Origin: an uncultured Candidatus Entotheonella sp.
GTDB lineage: Bacteria > Tectomicrobia > Entotheonellia > Entotheonellales > Entotheonellaceae
Length of the DNA: 64,000 nt
Assembly (NCBI GenBank): GCA_965215335.1
Contig: CBDCDA010000001.1
Location: forward strand, 96,001 to 160,000
Direction: 5' to 3'
Positions within the stretch are counted from its first letter, which is position 1; each line of letters opens with the position of its first letter. Below the pieces are notes generated by a model. That model was given only the letters and a program-made list of their open reading frames with translations. It made no database searches and had not been told where the DNA came from. Shown here in pieces: positions 51,730 through 62,250 of this stretch. Position numbers and translations under genes: made by a program.

Positions 51730-53751
51730 CTAAGCCGTACGAGGAAGCTTACGGTCGCCTTTTGTAAATGCCTCGGTTGCGCTTCTGACCAAATTGTTTG
51801 TCAACCGCTCGTATTGTCGAAACATGGCAACTGCTTTCTCCACTCTTGCTGAATCCTCCTCACGCCTTTCGATCAAGACCCTGGGTACAGGGAGTTCAAG
51901 TAGTGTGTTTTGGTTGAACCGTGGATGGTGTCCTCCCTCTTGGGATGCGGCAAGCACCGTCTGGACTGGTTCTGAGAGAAGAAATGGAACCAGGAAGCTG
52001 ATTGAGCTGCTGTTAGCGGATCTGAGGACGAAAAACTCGGTCGAGCAAAGCAATCGAATGTTTTGGTTCCAACCTGGTATATCATCATCAACAAGCGCAA
52101 CTTGTCGCAGATAGGGTCTTAGCCGAGAGATGATCACACATCCTGGTTCCACGGATTTCTTTGTACTACCCACCTCCGCCAGCGATACGGTATTCTTTCT
52201 ACATAGAACGACCCCCTCTTGGGCGTCGGACGTATCAAGCACCAGAAAGCGTAGCCCCTCCTCAGTCACCTTGGGATCAACGTTTACTCGCAAAATTTCC
52301 GCAACTTCTTCGAGCCGAACTTCCTCCTTGGCTGTCGCCAAAGACGCTCTGCGAGGATCGTAGCGCTCGGGTGCCAGCACTAACCCTTGCCCAAGCTCTC
52401 TTATTTTCTTCACATTCCAAAGTGTTTGCGCTCCAGGCCATCCAGGCTTGGTGTCCTTTTCCATGAACTTGTGGAACACATCAACGATCTTTTCAAGGTC
52501 ATGATCTACCGAGTCCCATATGCTGCCGGGCAGAGAACTTCCCTTCCGAAGCAAGAAGCGCCCTTTAGAATCTTTCCCGTCCCTCTCGCTAATCGCGAAA
52601 AAAACCCGTTCGTCCCGATTTTTTTGTTCTCCCTTCATTCGGCGTTTAACGAAGAGCACGCTTGCCTTTTGATGTGTATGGGGGAGAAAGGTATTCCGCC
52701 CAAGGCCAACTACTCCCAAAATTCGTGCTTCGTCAAGTAATCGCTCACGCACAGCTTTGAACATCGAACCAGCAAACTTATTGTGTGGGAGGATGATCCC
52801 GAGCCTTCCCCCCGGTCGTAGCAATTCGACACAGCGTTCAATGAACAGAACATCCCTCTCAACTCGAGCCTTCCCATAACTCACCTTGTAACCGTCGAGT
52901 ATATGGCGTTCCCGCACCTCTCCCGCAAAAGGGGGGTTGGTTAGGATCACATCAAATCCAACGTGTCGTCTTCTCCGACTTCTGCAGACGTCTTCGATAG
53001 ACAAACTTCCGGCTTCATCCCCATCATTCCCCCTAAAGGTCAGCGGGAAGAGCCCACCCATATCCGGCCGCAACAGACTATTCAACCTGATGATATTCGT
53101 ATTGCCATCCCCGGCGAGCAGCATCAACGCCTTGGCAACACGGACAGCACGACCGTCGATGTCGAATCCCCAGATATTGCTCTGGCAGTACTGCTGCATT
53201 TCTTCTTCCGAGAGTCCTTCATGATCTCGGATGTAATTCAGAGTATGAAGCAGGAAACCGCCCGACCCACATCCCGGATCGCATACGGCTTCGCTCTTGG
53301 TAGGGCGTAACACCCGAACGCAGAAGTCGACTACATGTCGGGGGGTGAAGTACTGCCCCTTCGCTCCCTTAGCACCCTTTGAAACCAGATACTCGAAAAA
53401 CCCGTCGAGCACTTGAAGATCTTTTCCTCCGATCGAGTGCCGGGCAAGTGCCTCCACGCATACCTGCAAGTGTTCGGGCCTTAGGCGCGGTCGCGTCTCC
53501 ATCCCAAGGATGCCAGGCCAAGCCTGCTCGGTTTCGCGAAGCAGGGTGCAAATGGCCTCCAATGTCTCGAATCCGGAGCCTCGCACATAGAACCTAGTTT
53601 TCCTTCCCGACCGCTCATCCCATAGCTTCGCAACCAGAAGTTTGAAAACCTCCTCGAACTCGTCCTCGCCGGAGCTGGCAAGAACGAGATCCTCAAGATG
53701 AAGAAACAGGGACTCCAAGTCATCCTCTCGATTCCAGTGACGCTTCGCCAT
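51730..53751 (-). CDS. N6-adenine MTase (HsdM-like) with C-terminal specificity (S/TRD-like) domain
   Basis: GQYFTPR, DPGCGSGGFL, ILTNPPF, LRPGG; C-terminal ISRLRPYLRQV, CSTEFFVL, HPR. Confidence 0.85.
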   Translation of the reverse strand: MAKRHWNREDDLESLFLHLEDLVLASSGEDEFEEVFKLLVAKLWDERSGRKTRFYVRGSGFETLEAICTLLRETEQAWPGILGMETRPRLRPEHLQVCVEALARHSIGGKDLQVLDGFFEYLVSKGAKGAKGQYFTPRHVVDFCVRVLRPTKSEAVCDPGCGSGGFLLHTLNYIRDHEGLSEEEMQQYCQSNIWGFDIDGRAVRVAKALMLLAGDGNTNIIRLNSLLRPDMGGLFPLTFRGNDGDEAGSLSIEDVCRSRRRRHVGFDVILTNPPFAGEVRERHILDGYKVSYGKARVERDVLFIERCVELLRPGGRLGIILPHNKFAGSMFKAVRERLLDEARILGVVGLGRNTFLPHTHQKASVLFVKRRMKGEQKNRDERVFFAISERDGKDSKGRFLLRKGSSLPGSIWDSVDHDLEKIVDVFHKFMEKDTKPGWPGAQTLWNVKKIRELGQGLVLAPERYDPRRASLATAKEEVRLEEVAEILRVNVDPKVTEEGLRFLVLDTSDAQEGVVLCRKNTVSLAEVGSTKKSVEPGCVIISRLRPYLRQVALVDDDIPGWNQNIRLLCSTEFFVLRSANSSSISFLVPFLLSEPVQTVLAASQEGGHHPRFNQNTLLELPVPRVLIERREEDSARVEKAVAMFRQYERLTNNLVRSATEAFTKGDRKLPRTA

Positions 53752-53935
53752 TTTGCTTTCTCCTCATTCCTAGGCCGGCAATCCTACAATTCATGGAACA
53801 GAGGATCAAGACGTTCGTCGTGCACTCCTTCGATATACCGAATTGGGTTTAGGGATTGTCTAGATGACAATTACCAGGTCTTCATAATGCTGACTGACTC
53901 TGTAGCCACCTGAATAGAGATATGGCTCTGTATCG

Positions 53936-54208
53936 ATGCAAGCTACTCACGACCCACGCTACCTTGAGTTCATCGCACGCTTACGGCAGGCCCGAAAGGT
54001 CAAACAACTAACTCAGGCACAACTCGCCTGCCTACTTGCTAAGCCTCAGTCTTATGTGTCCAAGGTTGAAACCTGCGAACGTCGCATTGATCTCATTGAG
54101 ACAGCTGAATGGTGTGTACATCTTGAGGTTCGACTGGATGACCTGCTTCCCGACGCTCTCCGGCAGACCTTGAGAATAAAAGCAGGCTCCGACGGGAGAG
54201 GTCAATGA
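53936..54208 (+). CDS. XRE HTH regulator (probable R-M controller)
   Basis: LTQAQLA.LL.KPQSYVSKVETCERRID. Confidence 0.85.
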   Translation: MQATHDPRYLEFIARLRQARKVKQLTQAQLACLLAKPQSYVSKVETCERRIDLIETAEWCVHLEVRLDDLLPDALRQTLRIKAGSDGRGQ

Positions 54209-54951
54209 GTGCTGACCGAATTACGCCGGAGCAACTTGCCCACCTTCACTCGGCGTTACTGCCCCTCAAAGGAGTTCAGCTTAACAGCCTCCTTCTTCCA
54301 CTCGCTGCACTTGCGGATATCGAACCCTCACAAGTTGGAACAATCGTCGGGACACTGATGGACGCCCTCATTCCCCACTTGGGTGCTAAAGTTGGTCTTG
54401 AGAAACATGAAGGTCTTCTTGGGGAACGAGAAGGTTATCCCGACTATCGCCACTCCCCATCAGGGCTGAGAGTGGAACTCAAACTTATCTTTGTAGATAA
54501 CCCATGCCTTAAAATGAAGAAACCGCCGACCCTCCGAGAGCCCTCCGCTCGTCTCACCCAAAAAGTAACGGTCAAGAATGTCACCCCCAAGACTGACGCC
54601 ATGCTCCTCATCGCGTATCAACTCCAAAAGTCCTCGGATCAGCAGGACGCCGTCACTCCAAAGGTTATCGACTTTGGCGTGTTTTCAATGATCGAGCTTG
54701 TTGAGGCGCGTGACAGACGACTTGTGGAATCCAGCGGTCGCTGGTTCGGAAATTACGAGACCCCCTGCATCCTTAGCCGTCTCGGACGCAAAAAAATAAA
54801 ACAGGGCATTTCGCTGGACATAAGCACATATGGACGCAAGGAGTCTGAAGGAAAAGATTTCAATGAGGACACCAATTTCGGGAAACTCAAGAGGATCCCC
54901 CACCCAGACCTCCAAGCCTTCCTTCGCAAGTACTCCCACAAGGACGGGTAA
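54205..54951 (+). CDS. Putative PD-(D/E)xK restriction endonuclease
   Basis: EGYPDY...RVELK; ATGA overlap with the HTH gene; divergent from the MTase. Confidence 0.65.
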   Translation: MSADRITPEQLAHLHSALLPLKGVQLNSLLLPLAALADIEPSQVGTIVGTLMDALIPHLGAKVGLEKHEGLLGEREGYPDYRHSPSGLRVELKLIFVDNPCLKMKKPPTLREPSARLTQKVTVKNVTPKTDAMLLIAYQLQKSSDQQDAVTPKVIDFGVFSMIELVEARDRRLVESSGRWFGNYETPCILSRLGRKKIKQGISLDISTYGRKESEGKDFNEDTNFGKLKRIPHPDLQAFLRKYSHKDG

Positions 54952-55184
54952 GGAGGTCATGGAGAAGGACCATCATGCCCAGGAAGCGATGTAAGCTGGC
55001 TCTTTGAGCCCCCTTCCATATCCAGCAGACACCTCGGAGTGGCTTACGTCTACCTCCCGGTTTGAAGCCGCGCTCCTCCCGTCCCCCCTATTGAACCCCA
55101 AGCCCGCTCAACATAGAATATCGTCCCGGCAAATCAAGCCACGCCGCATGCCCGTTGAAAACAGCCACCTTCGAAAGGACCAAC

Positions 55185-56198
55185 ATGGCGACCAACGACC
55201 ACTGGCTTTCACTCGTGCAGGAAGACACGATTGAGCCGGACCTGCCGATTTGCGACCCGCACCATCACTTGTGGGATCACCGCTACGAACGGGTCGAGCC
55301 GCGCTACCTGCTGGACGAGCTTCTGGCCGACATCAACAGCGGCCACAACGTCGTCTCGACGGTATTCGTACAATGCACCGCCATGCACAAGGCCGATGGC
55401 CCGGAGGCCATGCGGCCGGTTGGCGAAACGGAATTCGTCAACGGCATTGCCGCCATGAGCGCCTCGGGGGCGTATGGATCGAGCCGGGTGGCCGCCGGCA
55501 TCGTGGGCACGGTCGATCTCACGCTGGGCGACGGCGTAGCGCCCGTGCTGGAAGCCCATCTGCAGGCCGGCGGCGGACGCTTTCGCGGCATTCGCCACAG
55601 CGCTGCGTGGGACCCGGCAGGCCCTCTCATCTCCAACCGCCCGATGCCACCGGCACATTTGTACCTCGATGCCAGGTTCCGCTCCGGATTCGCCCACCTG
55701 GCTCGCTACGACATGACCTTCGAGGGCTGGTGTTATCACCACCAGATCACCGAGCTTACCGACCTCGCCCGCGCCTTTCCCGACACCACGATCATTCTCG
55801 ATCATTTCGGCGGACCTCTCGGCATCGGTCCGTACGCGGGCAAGCGCGAGGAAATCATGGCGCAGTGGCGCCAGGACATCAGCGAGTTGGCGACGTGCGA
55901 CAACGTCGTGGCCAAGCTCGGCGGCATCAACATGGAGGTCAACGGCTTCGGTTGGCACGAGCGCGAGCGGCCGCCCACTTCGCAGGCGTTGATGGCGGCT
56001 ACGCGGCCCTATTACGAGCACACCATCCAACAGTTCGGCATTTCGCGCTGCATGTTCGAATCCAACTATCCGGTCGACAAGGTAAGCTGCAGCTACAACG
56101 TGCTGTGGAATTCCTTCAAGCGCCTCACGACGGATTATTCTGCCGACGAAAAGGCGCAGCTTTTCCACGACACGGCGGCCCGTGTCTACCGGCTCTGA
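55185..56198 (+). CDS. Amidohydrolase_2 family protein
   Basis: DPHHHLW, FRGIR, ILDHFG, RCMFESNYPVD. Confidence 0.9.
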   Translation: MATNDHWLSLVQEDTIEPDLPICDPHHHLWDHRYERVEPRYLLDELLADINSGHNVVSTVFVQCTAMHKADGPEAMRPVGETEFVNGIAAMSASGAYGSSRVAAGIVGTVDLTLGDGVAPVLEAHLQAGGGRFRGIRHSAAWDPAGPLISNRPMPPAHLYLDARFRSGFAHLARYDMTFEGWCYHHQITELTDLARAFPDTTIILDHFGGPLGIGPYAGKREEIMAQWRQDISELATCDNVVAKLGGINMEVNGFGWHERERPPTSQALMAATRPYYEHTIQQFGISRCMFESNYPVDKVSCSYNVLWNSFKRLTTDYSADEKAQLFHDTAARVYRL

Positions 56199-56281
56199 CG
56201 CGCTGTCGCATCGGTCTGGCTGAATCCGCAAACAGGCCCGACCACGGCCATGGTCGATGGGCATCCTCTGGAGGGGGCAGG

Positions 56282-57355
56282 GTGGCCCGCATCGTGCTCG
56301 AAAATCTCGTCAAGGCATTCGGCGCCGGGGTCACGGCCGTCGCCGGGATCAGCCTGGACATTCAAGACGGCGAGTTCATGATTTTCGTCGGGCCCTCCGG
56401 CTGCGGCAAAACAACCACCCTCAACATGATCTGCGGTCTCGAGCAGCCGACCAGCGGCAGCGTGATCATCGGCGACCGGGTCGTCAACGACCTGGAACCG
56501 GGCGAGCGCCACCTTGGCATGGTGTTTCAGAGTCTCGCGCTGTTTCCCCACATGACCGTATTCGAGAACATCGCCTTCGGTTTACGGGTCCGGAAAGTCC
56601 GCCTGGCTGACCTGAACCAGCGCGTCAGCCGCGTCGCCGAGACCTTTCAGATCACCCACCTGCTTGCCAAGAAACCAGCTCAGTGCTCCGGCGGCGAGGC
56701 ACAGCGGGTGGCCTTGGCGCGCACCGTCATCAGCAACCCCGACGTGCTCCTGCTGGACGAGCCGCTGTCCAGTCTCGACGCCAAACTGCGGATCGAAATG
56801 CGCACCGAGCTCAAACGCCTGCACGAGCAGTTGCGCTCCACCTTCGTCTACGTCACCCATGACCAGGCCGAGGCGATGACCATGGCCGACCGCATTGCCG
56901 TCATGCAGGCGGGCCGCATTCAGCAGATCGGCACCCCGATGGAGATCTACCGCCGTCCGGCCAACCTCTTCGTGGCCGGCTTTTTCGGCATGCCGACCAT
57001 GAATCTCATTTTGGGGCGCCTCAACGACACCACCCCGCCACGCTTCCAGGCGGACAACCTCGATCTCGAATTGCCCGCCGAGACCGTGCCTTGCGCCGCC
57101 GTGGGCCGCGACGTCTGTCTCGGCGTCCGCTCCGAGCATGTCCTGCTGGGTGCTCAAGGCGTTGCCGGACGTGTCCAGTTGACCGAACCACTGGGCGATG
57201 AAACGCTGGTTTTTTTCGATTACGGCGGCCCGTCCCATCTGGTGGCCAAATACAGAGGGGACCGTATCTTCAACGCGGGGGAGACCATCGTCTTCAACTT
57301 TGATCCTAAAGGCATGCTCGTGTTCGACGCGAAGGACGAGGCACGCCTGGAATGA
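56282..57355 (+). CDS. Sugar-type (CUT1) ABC transporter ATPase
   Basis: GPSGCGKTT, CSGGEAQRV, LLDEPLS.LD, VTHDQAEAM. Confidence 0.92.
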   Translation: MARIVLENLVKAFGAGVTAVAGISLDIQDGEFMIFVGPSGCGKTTTLNMICGLEQPTSGSVIIGDRVVNDLEPGERHLGMVFQSLALFPHMTVFENIAFGLRVRKVRLADLNQRVSRVAETFQITHLLAKKPAQCSGGEAQRVALARTVISNPDVLLLDEPLSSLDAKLRIEMRTELKRLHEQLRSTFVYVTHDQAEAMTMADRIAVMQAGRIQQIGTPMEIYRRPANLFVAGFFGMPTMNLILGRLNDTTPPRFQADNLDLELPAETVPCAAVGRDVCLGVRSEHVLLGAQGVAGRVQLTEPLGDETLVFFDYGGPSHLVAKYRGDRIFNAGETIVFNFDPKGMLVFDAKDEARLE

Positions 57356-57386
57356 AACCGAATCGGCACCCAAAGGAGGCGATCCC

Positions 57387-58856
57387 GTGAAACACATCAG
57401 GCTGCTGACTTCAATCGCGCCTTGCCTCGTTGTTGCATGCACACTGGCGAACGCCCAGACCCTACCCGGCGACACGGTGGAGGAACGCGCCATCAACGGC
57501 GCCAAGGCGTACGTCGAAGAACACCAGTTGCAAAACCCGGCGCTCACCATCCTGCTCATTTCCCTGTTCCGCAACGCCATGCCGGCGTACGCCAGGCAGT
57601 GGGAGGAACTGACCGGCATCCAGGTGAAGTTCATCGAGTACGGTTACACCGACATTCCCTCCAAGATCATGGCGGAGGCGATCGCCAAGACGGGGCAATA
57701 CGACATCTTCAACCATTTTCCATACGTCGTGCCCGATGCCGCCGGTGCCGGTGTGCTGATGCCACTCGATGACTACACCGAGCGCGGCCGCCCGGACTTT
57801 TCCGGCATCGAGCCGGCCCTGCGCGCCCAACAGCGCTACAACGGCAAGCAGTATTTTTTCCTGCTCGATGGCGATCACATCATCTTGGTGCTGCGCCAGG
57901 ACATCCTGGAACTGCCGGGCGCCAAGGAAGAATTCCAGGCGCAATACGGCTGGGAACCCGGCTGCCCGGAAACGATGGCGCAGTGGGAGCAATTGGCGTC
58001 GTTTTTCCACACCCGGAAAGGCGACACGCGATGGGGCAAGACGTTTGACCAGGACCTGTACGGCGCCATGGCCTACCGCGCCATCAACTTCTCATACCGT
58101 CATTTCCCGGCCTACTTCGGGGGTCTGCTGTTCGACGCGAACATGAACCCCCTGATCAACACGCCGCGCGGCATCGAGGCGATCCGCGCCTTCAGTTCGA
58201 TCGTGCCGTACATGCCGCCCGACATTCAGGGCTGGGGAACGCCGCAGATTTATCCCTTCTGGGCGAGCGGCCAGGCTTTCTCGGTGATGTCCTTCCCTTC
58301 CATCGTGGGCTACGGCAACAAGAATCCGCAGACGCAGATCGCCGGCCAGCAGCTCAGTTGCATCATCCCCGGCGTGATGCGGGACGATCAACTGGTGCGC
58401 CGCTCGCCGCAGGCCGCCGGTACCGGCTACATGGTGAGCCGCTACAGCCAACACCCGGAGCTGGCTTACTACTTTCTGCAATGGTTCACGGGCCCGCAGC
58501 AGGGCGACGTCGCCATCGCCGACCCGCAGGGCTTTTGGGACCCGATGCGGCGCTCGAATCTGCACAACCCGGCGATTGTCGAAAAGTTCGGCAGTCAGTT
58601 CATCGAGACGACGATGGCGAACACCAAGCATGCTATCTCGCTGCTGATGCTGGAGGGCAACTACGAGTATTACAACGTCCTGGACAAGAACCTGGCGCAG
58701 GTGATGCAAGGCTACCTGACGCCGGAAGAGGCCGCCGCGCGCATCGAGAGAGGCTGGAATTCCGTCACGGAAGACGTGGGACGCGACTACCAGATCGAAT
58801 CCTGGCGCAATGGCGTCGCCAGCGGCGCCTATCTCGACACCTTCCAGCAGAAATAG
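57387..58856 (+). CDS. CUT1 ABC transporter solute-binding protein
   Basis: GTG with AAGGAGG RBS, signal peptide, WEELTGIQV; lies between ATPase and permeases. Confidence 0.85.
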   Translation: MKHIRLLTSIAPCLVVACTLANAQTLPGDTVEERAINGAKAYVEEHQLQNPALTILLISLFRNAMPAYARQWEELTGIQVKFIEYGYTDIPSKIMAEAIAKTGQYDIFNHFPYVVPDAAGAGVLMPLDDYTERGRPDFSGIEPALRAQQRYNGKQYFFLLDGDHIILVLRQDILELPGAKEEFQAQYGWEPGCPETMAQWEQLASFFHTRKGDTRWGKTFDQDLYGAMAYRAINFSYRHFPAYFGGLLFDANMNPLINTPRGIEAIRAFSSIVPYMPPDIQGWGTPQIYPFWASGQAFSVMSFPSIVGYGNKNPQTQIAGQQLSCIIPGVMRDDQLVRRSPQAAGTGYMVSRYSQHPELAYYFLQWFTGPQQGDVAIADPQGFWDPMRRSNLHNPAIVEKFGSQFIETTMANTKHAISLLMLEGNYEYYNVLDKNLAQVMQGYLTPEEAAARIERGWNSVTEDVGRDYQIESWRNGVASGAYLDTFQQK

Positions 58857-58860
58857 GTGA

Positions 58861-59826
58861 ATGTCCGTGGTAACGGCAGCAGAAACGGCCTCCAGACGGC
58901 CGGCCGGGTTGGCGGCGTGGCTGGCGCAGGAACGTGTCTTCCGACTCGTGCCCTTCGTCATGGTAGAGGGCATGTTTTTGCTCCTATTGGCCCTGCCGTT
59001 CGTTCTGACGATCTACATCAGCCTGCTCAGATGGCGCGCCAACCGGCCTTTCGAGCAGGCTTACTTTCAGGGTTTCGCCAATTATGCCAGGGTCATCGGC
59101 GAGCCGGAATTCTGGTGGTCGCTCGGCAGGACGTTTTACTTCGCCGGGGCGGCGGTGACCCTCGAACTGGTATTGGGATTCGTGCTGGCCATGCTCGTGC
59201 ACCAGGCGTTTCGCGGGCGGCGGCTGTACATCACCATCTTTCTCGTTCCCATGATGGTCGTGCCGGTGGTGGTGGGCTACAACTTCTCGATGATTTACGT
59301 CGATTCCGGACCGCTGAACCAGATTCTGGCGCCGTTTCTGACCCCGTTCGGCATAACGGCCCGCATCCGCTGGCTGTCGCATCCGCTCGCCGCGCAATGG
59401 GCGATCATTCTGGCCGACGTGTGGCAATGGACGTCACTGACGTTTCTCATTTTCCTGTCGGGATTCGCCGCCCTGCCGCCGGAGTTGATCAATGCGGCTC
59501 GCGTCATGGGCGCGGGTCGCTGGCAGACTTTTCGCCGCATTCAGCTGCCGCTGCTGAAGCCCGCCATCGTCATCGCGGTCGTCATCCGCACCATGGAGGC
59601 CCTGAAGCTGTTCGACCAGGCCGTGCTGCTCACCTTCGGTGGACCTGGCGACAGCACGCAGACCATTGCCTTCTTCCTGTGGCGCCAGGTATGGCAATTC
59701 AACAAGTACGGCTTTGGCGCTGCCGCCTCGGTCCTGCTGTTGCTGCTGTTCTCCAGCCTGATCTACGGCGGCATTTACCTGCTGGTGCGCGAGCGGGCGC
59801 TGCTGCAGCCGGAGGGGAGGGGATGA
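58861..59826 (+). CDS. CUT1 ABC transporter permease
   Basis: DVWQWT, EAA-like ELINAARVMGA, GGPG. Confidence 0.9.
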   Translation: MSVVTAAETASRRPAGLAAWLAQERVFRLVPFVMVEGMFLLLLALPFVLTIYISLLRWRANRPFEQAYFQGFANYARVIGEPEFWWSLGRTFYFAGAAVTLELVLGFVLAMLVHQAFRGRRLYITIFLVPMMVVPVVVGYNFSMIYVDSGPLNQILAPFLTPFGITARIRWLSHPLAAQWAIILADVWQWTSLTFLIFLSGFAALPPELINAARVMGAGRWQTFRRIQLPLLKPAIVIAVVIRTMEALKLFDQAVLLTFGGPGDSTQTIAFFLWRQVWQFNKYGFGAAASVLLLLLFSSLIYGGIYLLVRERALLQPEGRG

Positions 59827-60776
59827 GGGCAGCGACCAGGGATCCTCGCACGTCAACCGCCAGGGCGAGACGCCGGCGGCTCTTTCCATGCCTCCGGCAC
59901 GCGGTTCTGATCGCCTGGTCGCTGGTCGTGCTGTTTCCCATCTTCTGGATGGTGTCGACTTCGTTCAAGGGGCCGGGCGAATGGATCGCCTGGCCACCGC
60001 ACTGGCTGCCGCACCAGCCCACCCTGTACAACTACCGGCAGATCCTGGCCGTCGGCCCCCTGGCGACCGCCCCCAGCCGCGAGGCCACCGAACAGGTCTA
60101 CAACATCTGGAAGGCGGTCGGCGACTCGGTGGCCATCGCCTCTCTCAGCTCGCTGGTGGCGCTGCTCATGGGCACCTTCCTGGCCTACGCGATTTCCCGC
60201 TTCAACGTGGGTGGCAGGAACTTTCGCTACCTCGTCCTGACCATCCGCATGGTGCCGCCCATCGTCATCGCCATTCCCATCCTGATGTACTACGCGGTGC
60301 TGATACCCTACACCACCGACCTGCTGCTGGGCGTGCGGGTCAGCCTGTTCGACACCTACATCGGGATCGGCCTGCTGTACGTGGCGACAACCCTGCCGTT
60401 CGTGATCTGGATGATGCTCAATTTCATCGAGGAGGTGCCCTACACGCTGGAGCACGCCGCCCGCATCATGGGAGCCGGCCGCCTCTACACCCTGCGGCGG
60501 GTCGTCCTGCCCCTGGTGGCTTCGGGCATGATGGTGACGTTCCTGTTCATCTTCATCCTCAACTGGAGCGAATTCCTGCTCGCCCTGACCCTCACGCAGC
60601 CGCAGGTATCGACCCTGCCGGTGCTGCTGAACAAGTTCCAGAGCGCCGTCGAGGGCCGCTTGTACGGTCCGCAAGCCGCCATCGGCACGGTCATCACCCT
60701 GCCCGTGGTGGTGCTCGGCGTCCTCATCCAGAAGCATCTGATTACGGGGTTCAGTTTCGGAATGTTACGAAAGTAG
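59823..60776 (+). CDS. CUT1 ABC transporter permease
   Basis: FPIFWMVSTSFK, LEHAARIMGA, WSEFLLA. Confidence 0.9.
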   Translation: MRAATRDPRTSTARARRRRLFPCLRHAVLIAWSLVVLFPIFWMVSTSFKGPGEWIAWPPHWLPHQPTLYNYRQILAVGPLATAPSREATEQVYNIWKAVGDSVAIASLSSLVALLMGTFLAYAISRFNVGGRNFRYLVLTIRMVPPIVIAIPILMYYAVLIPYTTDLLLGVRVSLFDTYIGIGLLYVATTLPFVIWMMLNFIEEVPYTLEHAARIMGAGRLYTLRRVVLPLVASGMMVTFLFIFILNWSEFLLALTLTQPQVSTLPVLLNKFQSAVEGRLYGPQAAIGTVITLPVVVLGVLIQKHLITGFSFGMLRK

Positions 60777-60867
60777 ACACGGCAACCGGGGCGGGACTTA
60801 TTCGGGCCGGAAGGGTTGTTTACGGATACAGGCTGATGGTTAAACCGTTCTGGGAGGAGGAACCTCA

Positions 60868-61476
60868 ATGACAACGAAACGCATACCCGGCTGGATGACG
60901 GCGCTGGTCAGCGCCTTGCTGGTCATGGTGGCGACGCACGCCACAGCGGAAGAGGCCGAACCCGCCAGGGCCACGTTTGCAGGCGGCTGCTTCTGGTGCG
61001 TGGAAGAGGCGTTCGAGAAGGTACCGGGCGTCATATCGGCCACCTCGGGCTACACGGGCGGGGACGTCGACAACCCGACGTACAGGCAGGTCACCAGTGG
61101 CCGCACCGGTCATGCGGAAGCCGTCGAAGTGATCTACGATCCGGCGCAGGCCACGTATGAGCAACTGCTCGACGTCTTCTGGCGCAACGTCGATCCCACC
61201 GTCGTCGACCGGCAATTCTGCGACATCGGCAACCAGTACCGCACCGCCATCTTCGTGCACGACGACGAGCAGATGCGACTCGCCGAAGCCTCCAGGAAAG
61301 CCCTGCAGGAATCGAAGCCGTTCGCGGCGCCGATCGTGACGCCGGTCGTCGCGGCCTCAACGTTTTACCCCGCCGAGGATTATCACCAGGACTACTACAG
61401 GCACAACCCGCTGCGCTACAAGTTCTACAAATGGAACTGCGGCCGTGCCCAGCGCCTGGCGGAACTCTGGGGCTAA
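60868..61476 (+). CDS. msrA: Peptide methionine sulfoxide reductase A with signal peptide
   Basis: [29 protein letters not shown]. Confidence 0.95.
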   Translation: MTTKRIPGWMTALVSALLVMVATHATAEEAEPARATFAGGCFWCVEEAFEKVPGVISATSGYTGGDVDNPTYRQVTSGRTGHAEAVEVIYDPAQATYEQLLDVFWRNVDPTVVDRQFCDIGNQYRTAIFVHDDEQMRLAEASRKALQESKPFAAPIVTPVVAASTFYPAEDYHQDYYRHNPLRYKFYKWNCGRAQRLAELWG

Positions 61477-62120
61477 GCCCGCCACGGCCAGTCGCCGAAG
61501 GGTTCGGAGCAAATCAGGCGCACGGCGCCGCGCCGCGCCTGAAAGATCTGATAATACGCCTGGCCGGTCGGATTGCCGTTGTGGCTGACCGCCTGCCGGC
61601 CGTTGCTGAGGCCCATGTTGCACGCCTGAATTCTACGGCTGCGACGCTCCAGAAAGGCGTACACCCACGCCAGGGCCTCCCGGAGCGCCAGGCCTTCCGC
61701 CAGCCTTTGCCGCACCAGATACCAGATTTTTTCCGCCCCGATGGCGCCGGGGATCTCCATGCCGCGCGGCGGGCGCACGCCGGCAATGAGGCCGTTGAAC
61801 ACGAAGGCGTACGGCCCGTGCACATACGGTTGTGCAAACGCCAGATCGCCCTTGTGTTGCGGGAACGAGGCGGCGCGCGCGTGCACCACGAGGCGGCGCG
61901 TGGCGGGCACCTGGCGTCCGTAATCCACCTCGGTCCAGATCGGCGCCAGCGACCGGTACAAGGACCAGCCATCACCCTCCTGCCACCAGGCGACGCCCCA
62001 GCCGTCGCCTTGCCAATCCCCGTCGAGACAAGTGCTTTGTTCGCACATGCGGGCAAACTGCTCCAGAACCTCCCGCACGTCGCACGGCTCGTCGGATGAC
62101 AGCAGCAGAAACCGGCACAT
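61473..62120 (-). CDS. Class II glutamine amidotransferase (EgtC/YafJ-like)
   Basis: N-terminal MCR, DGWG, HARAAS, FNG, CSEP. Confidence 0.8.
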   Translation of the reverse strand: MCRFLLLSSDEPCDVREVLEQFARMCEQSTCLDGDWQGDGWGVAWWQEGDGWSLYRSLAPIWTEVDYGRQVPATRRLVVHARAASFPQHKGDLAFAQPYVHGPYAFVFNGLIAGVRPPRGMEIPGAIGAEKIWYLVRQRLAEGLALREALAWVYAFLERRSRRIQACNMGLSNGRQAVSHNGNPTGQAYYQIFQARRGAVRLICSEPFGDWPWRA

Positions 62121-62250
62121 GGGCGCCTCCCGAGTGTGATAGAATCCGCCGTCGATACTATCGGAAAAACGTGCCGGGTCAACCGGATGCCGGACGGGCC
62201 GCAGGGGTCAATCGCCCGTATCCACACACGAACGCATAGAGGGGGAGTGA

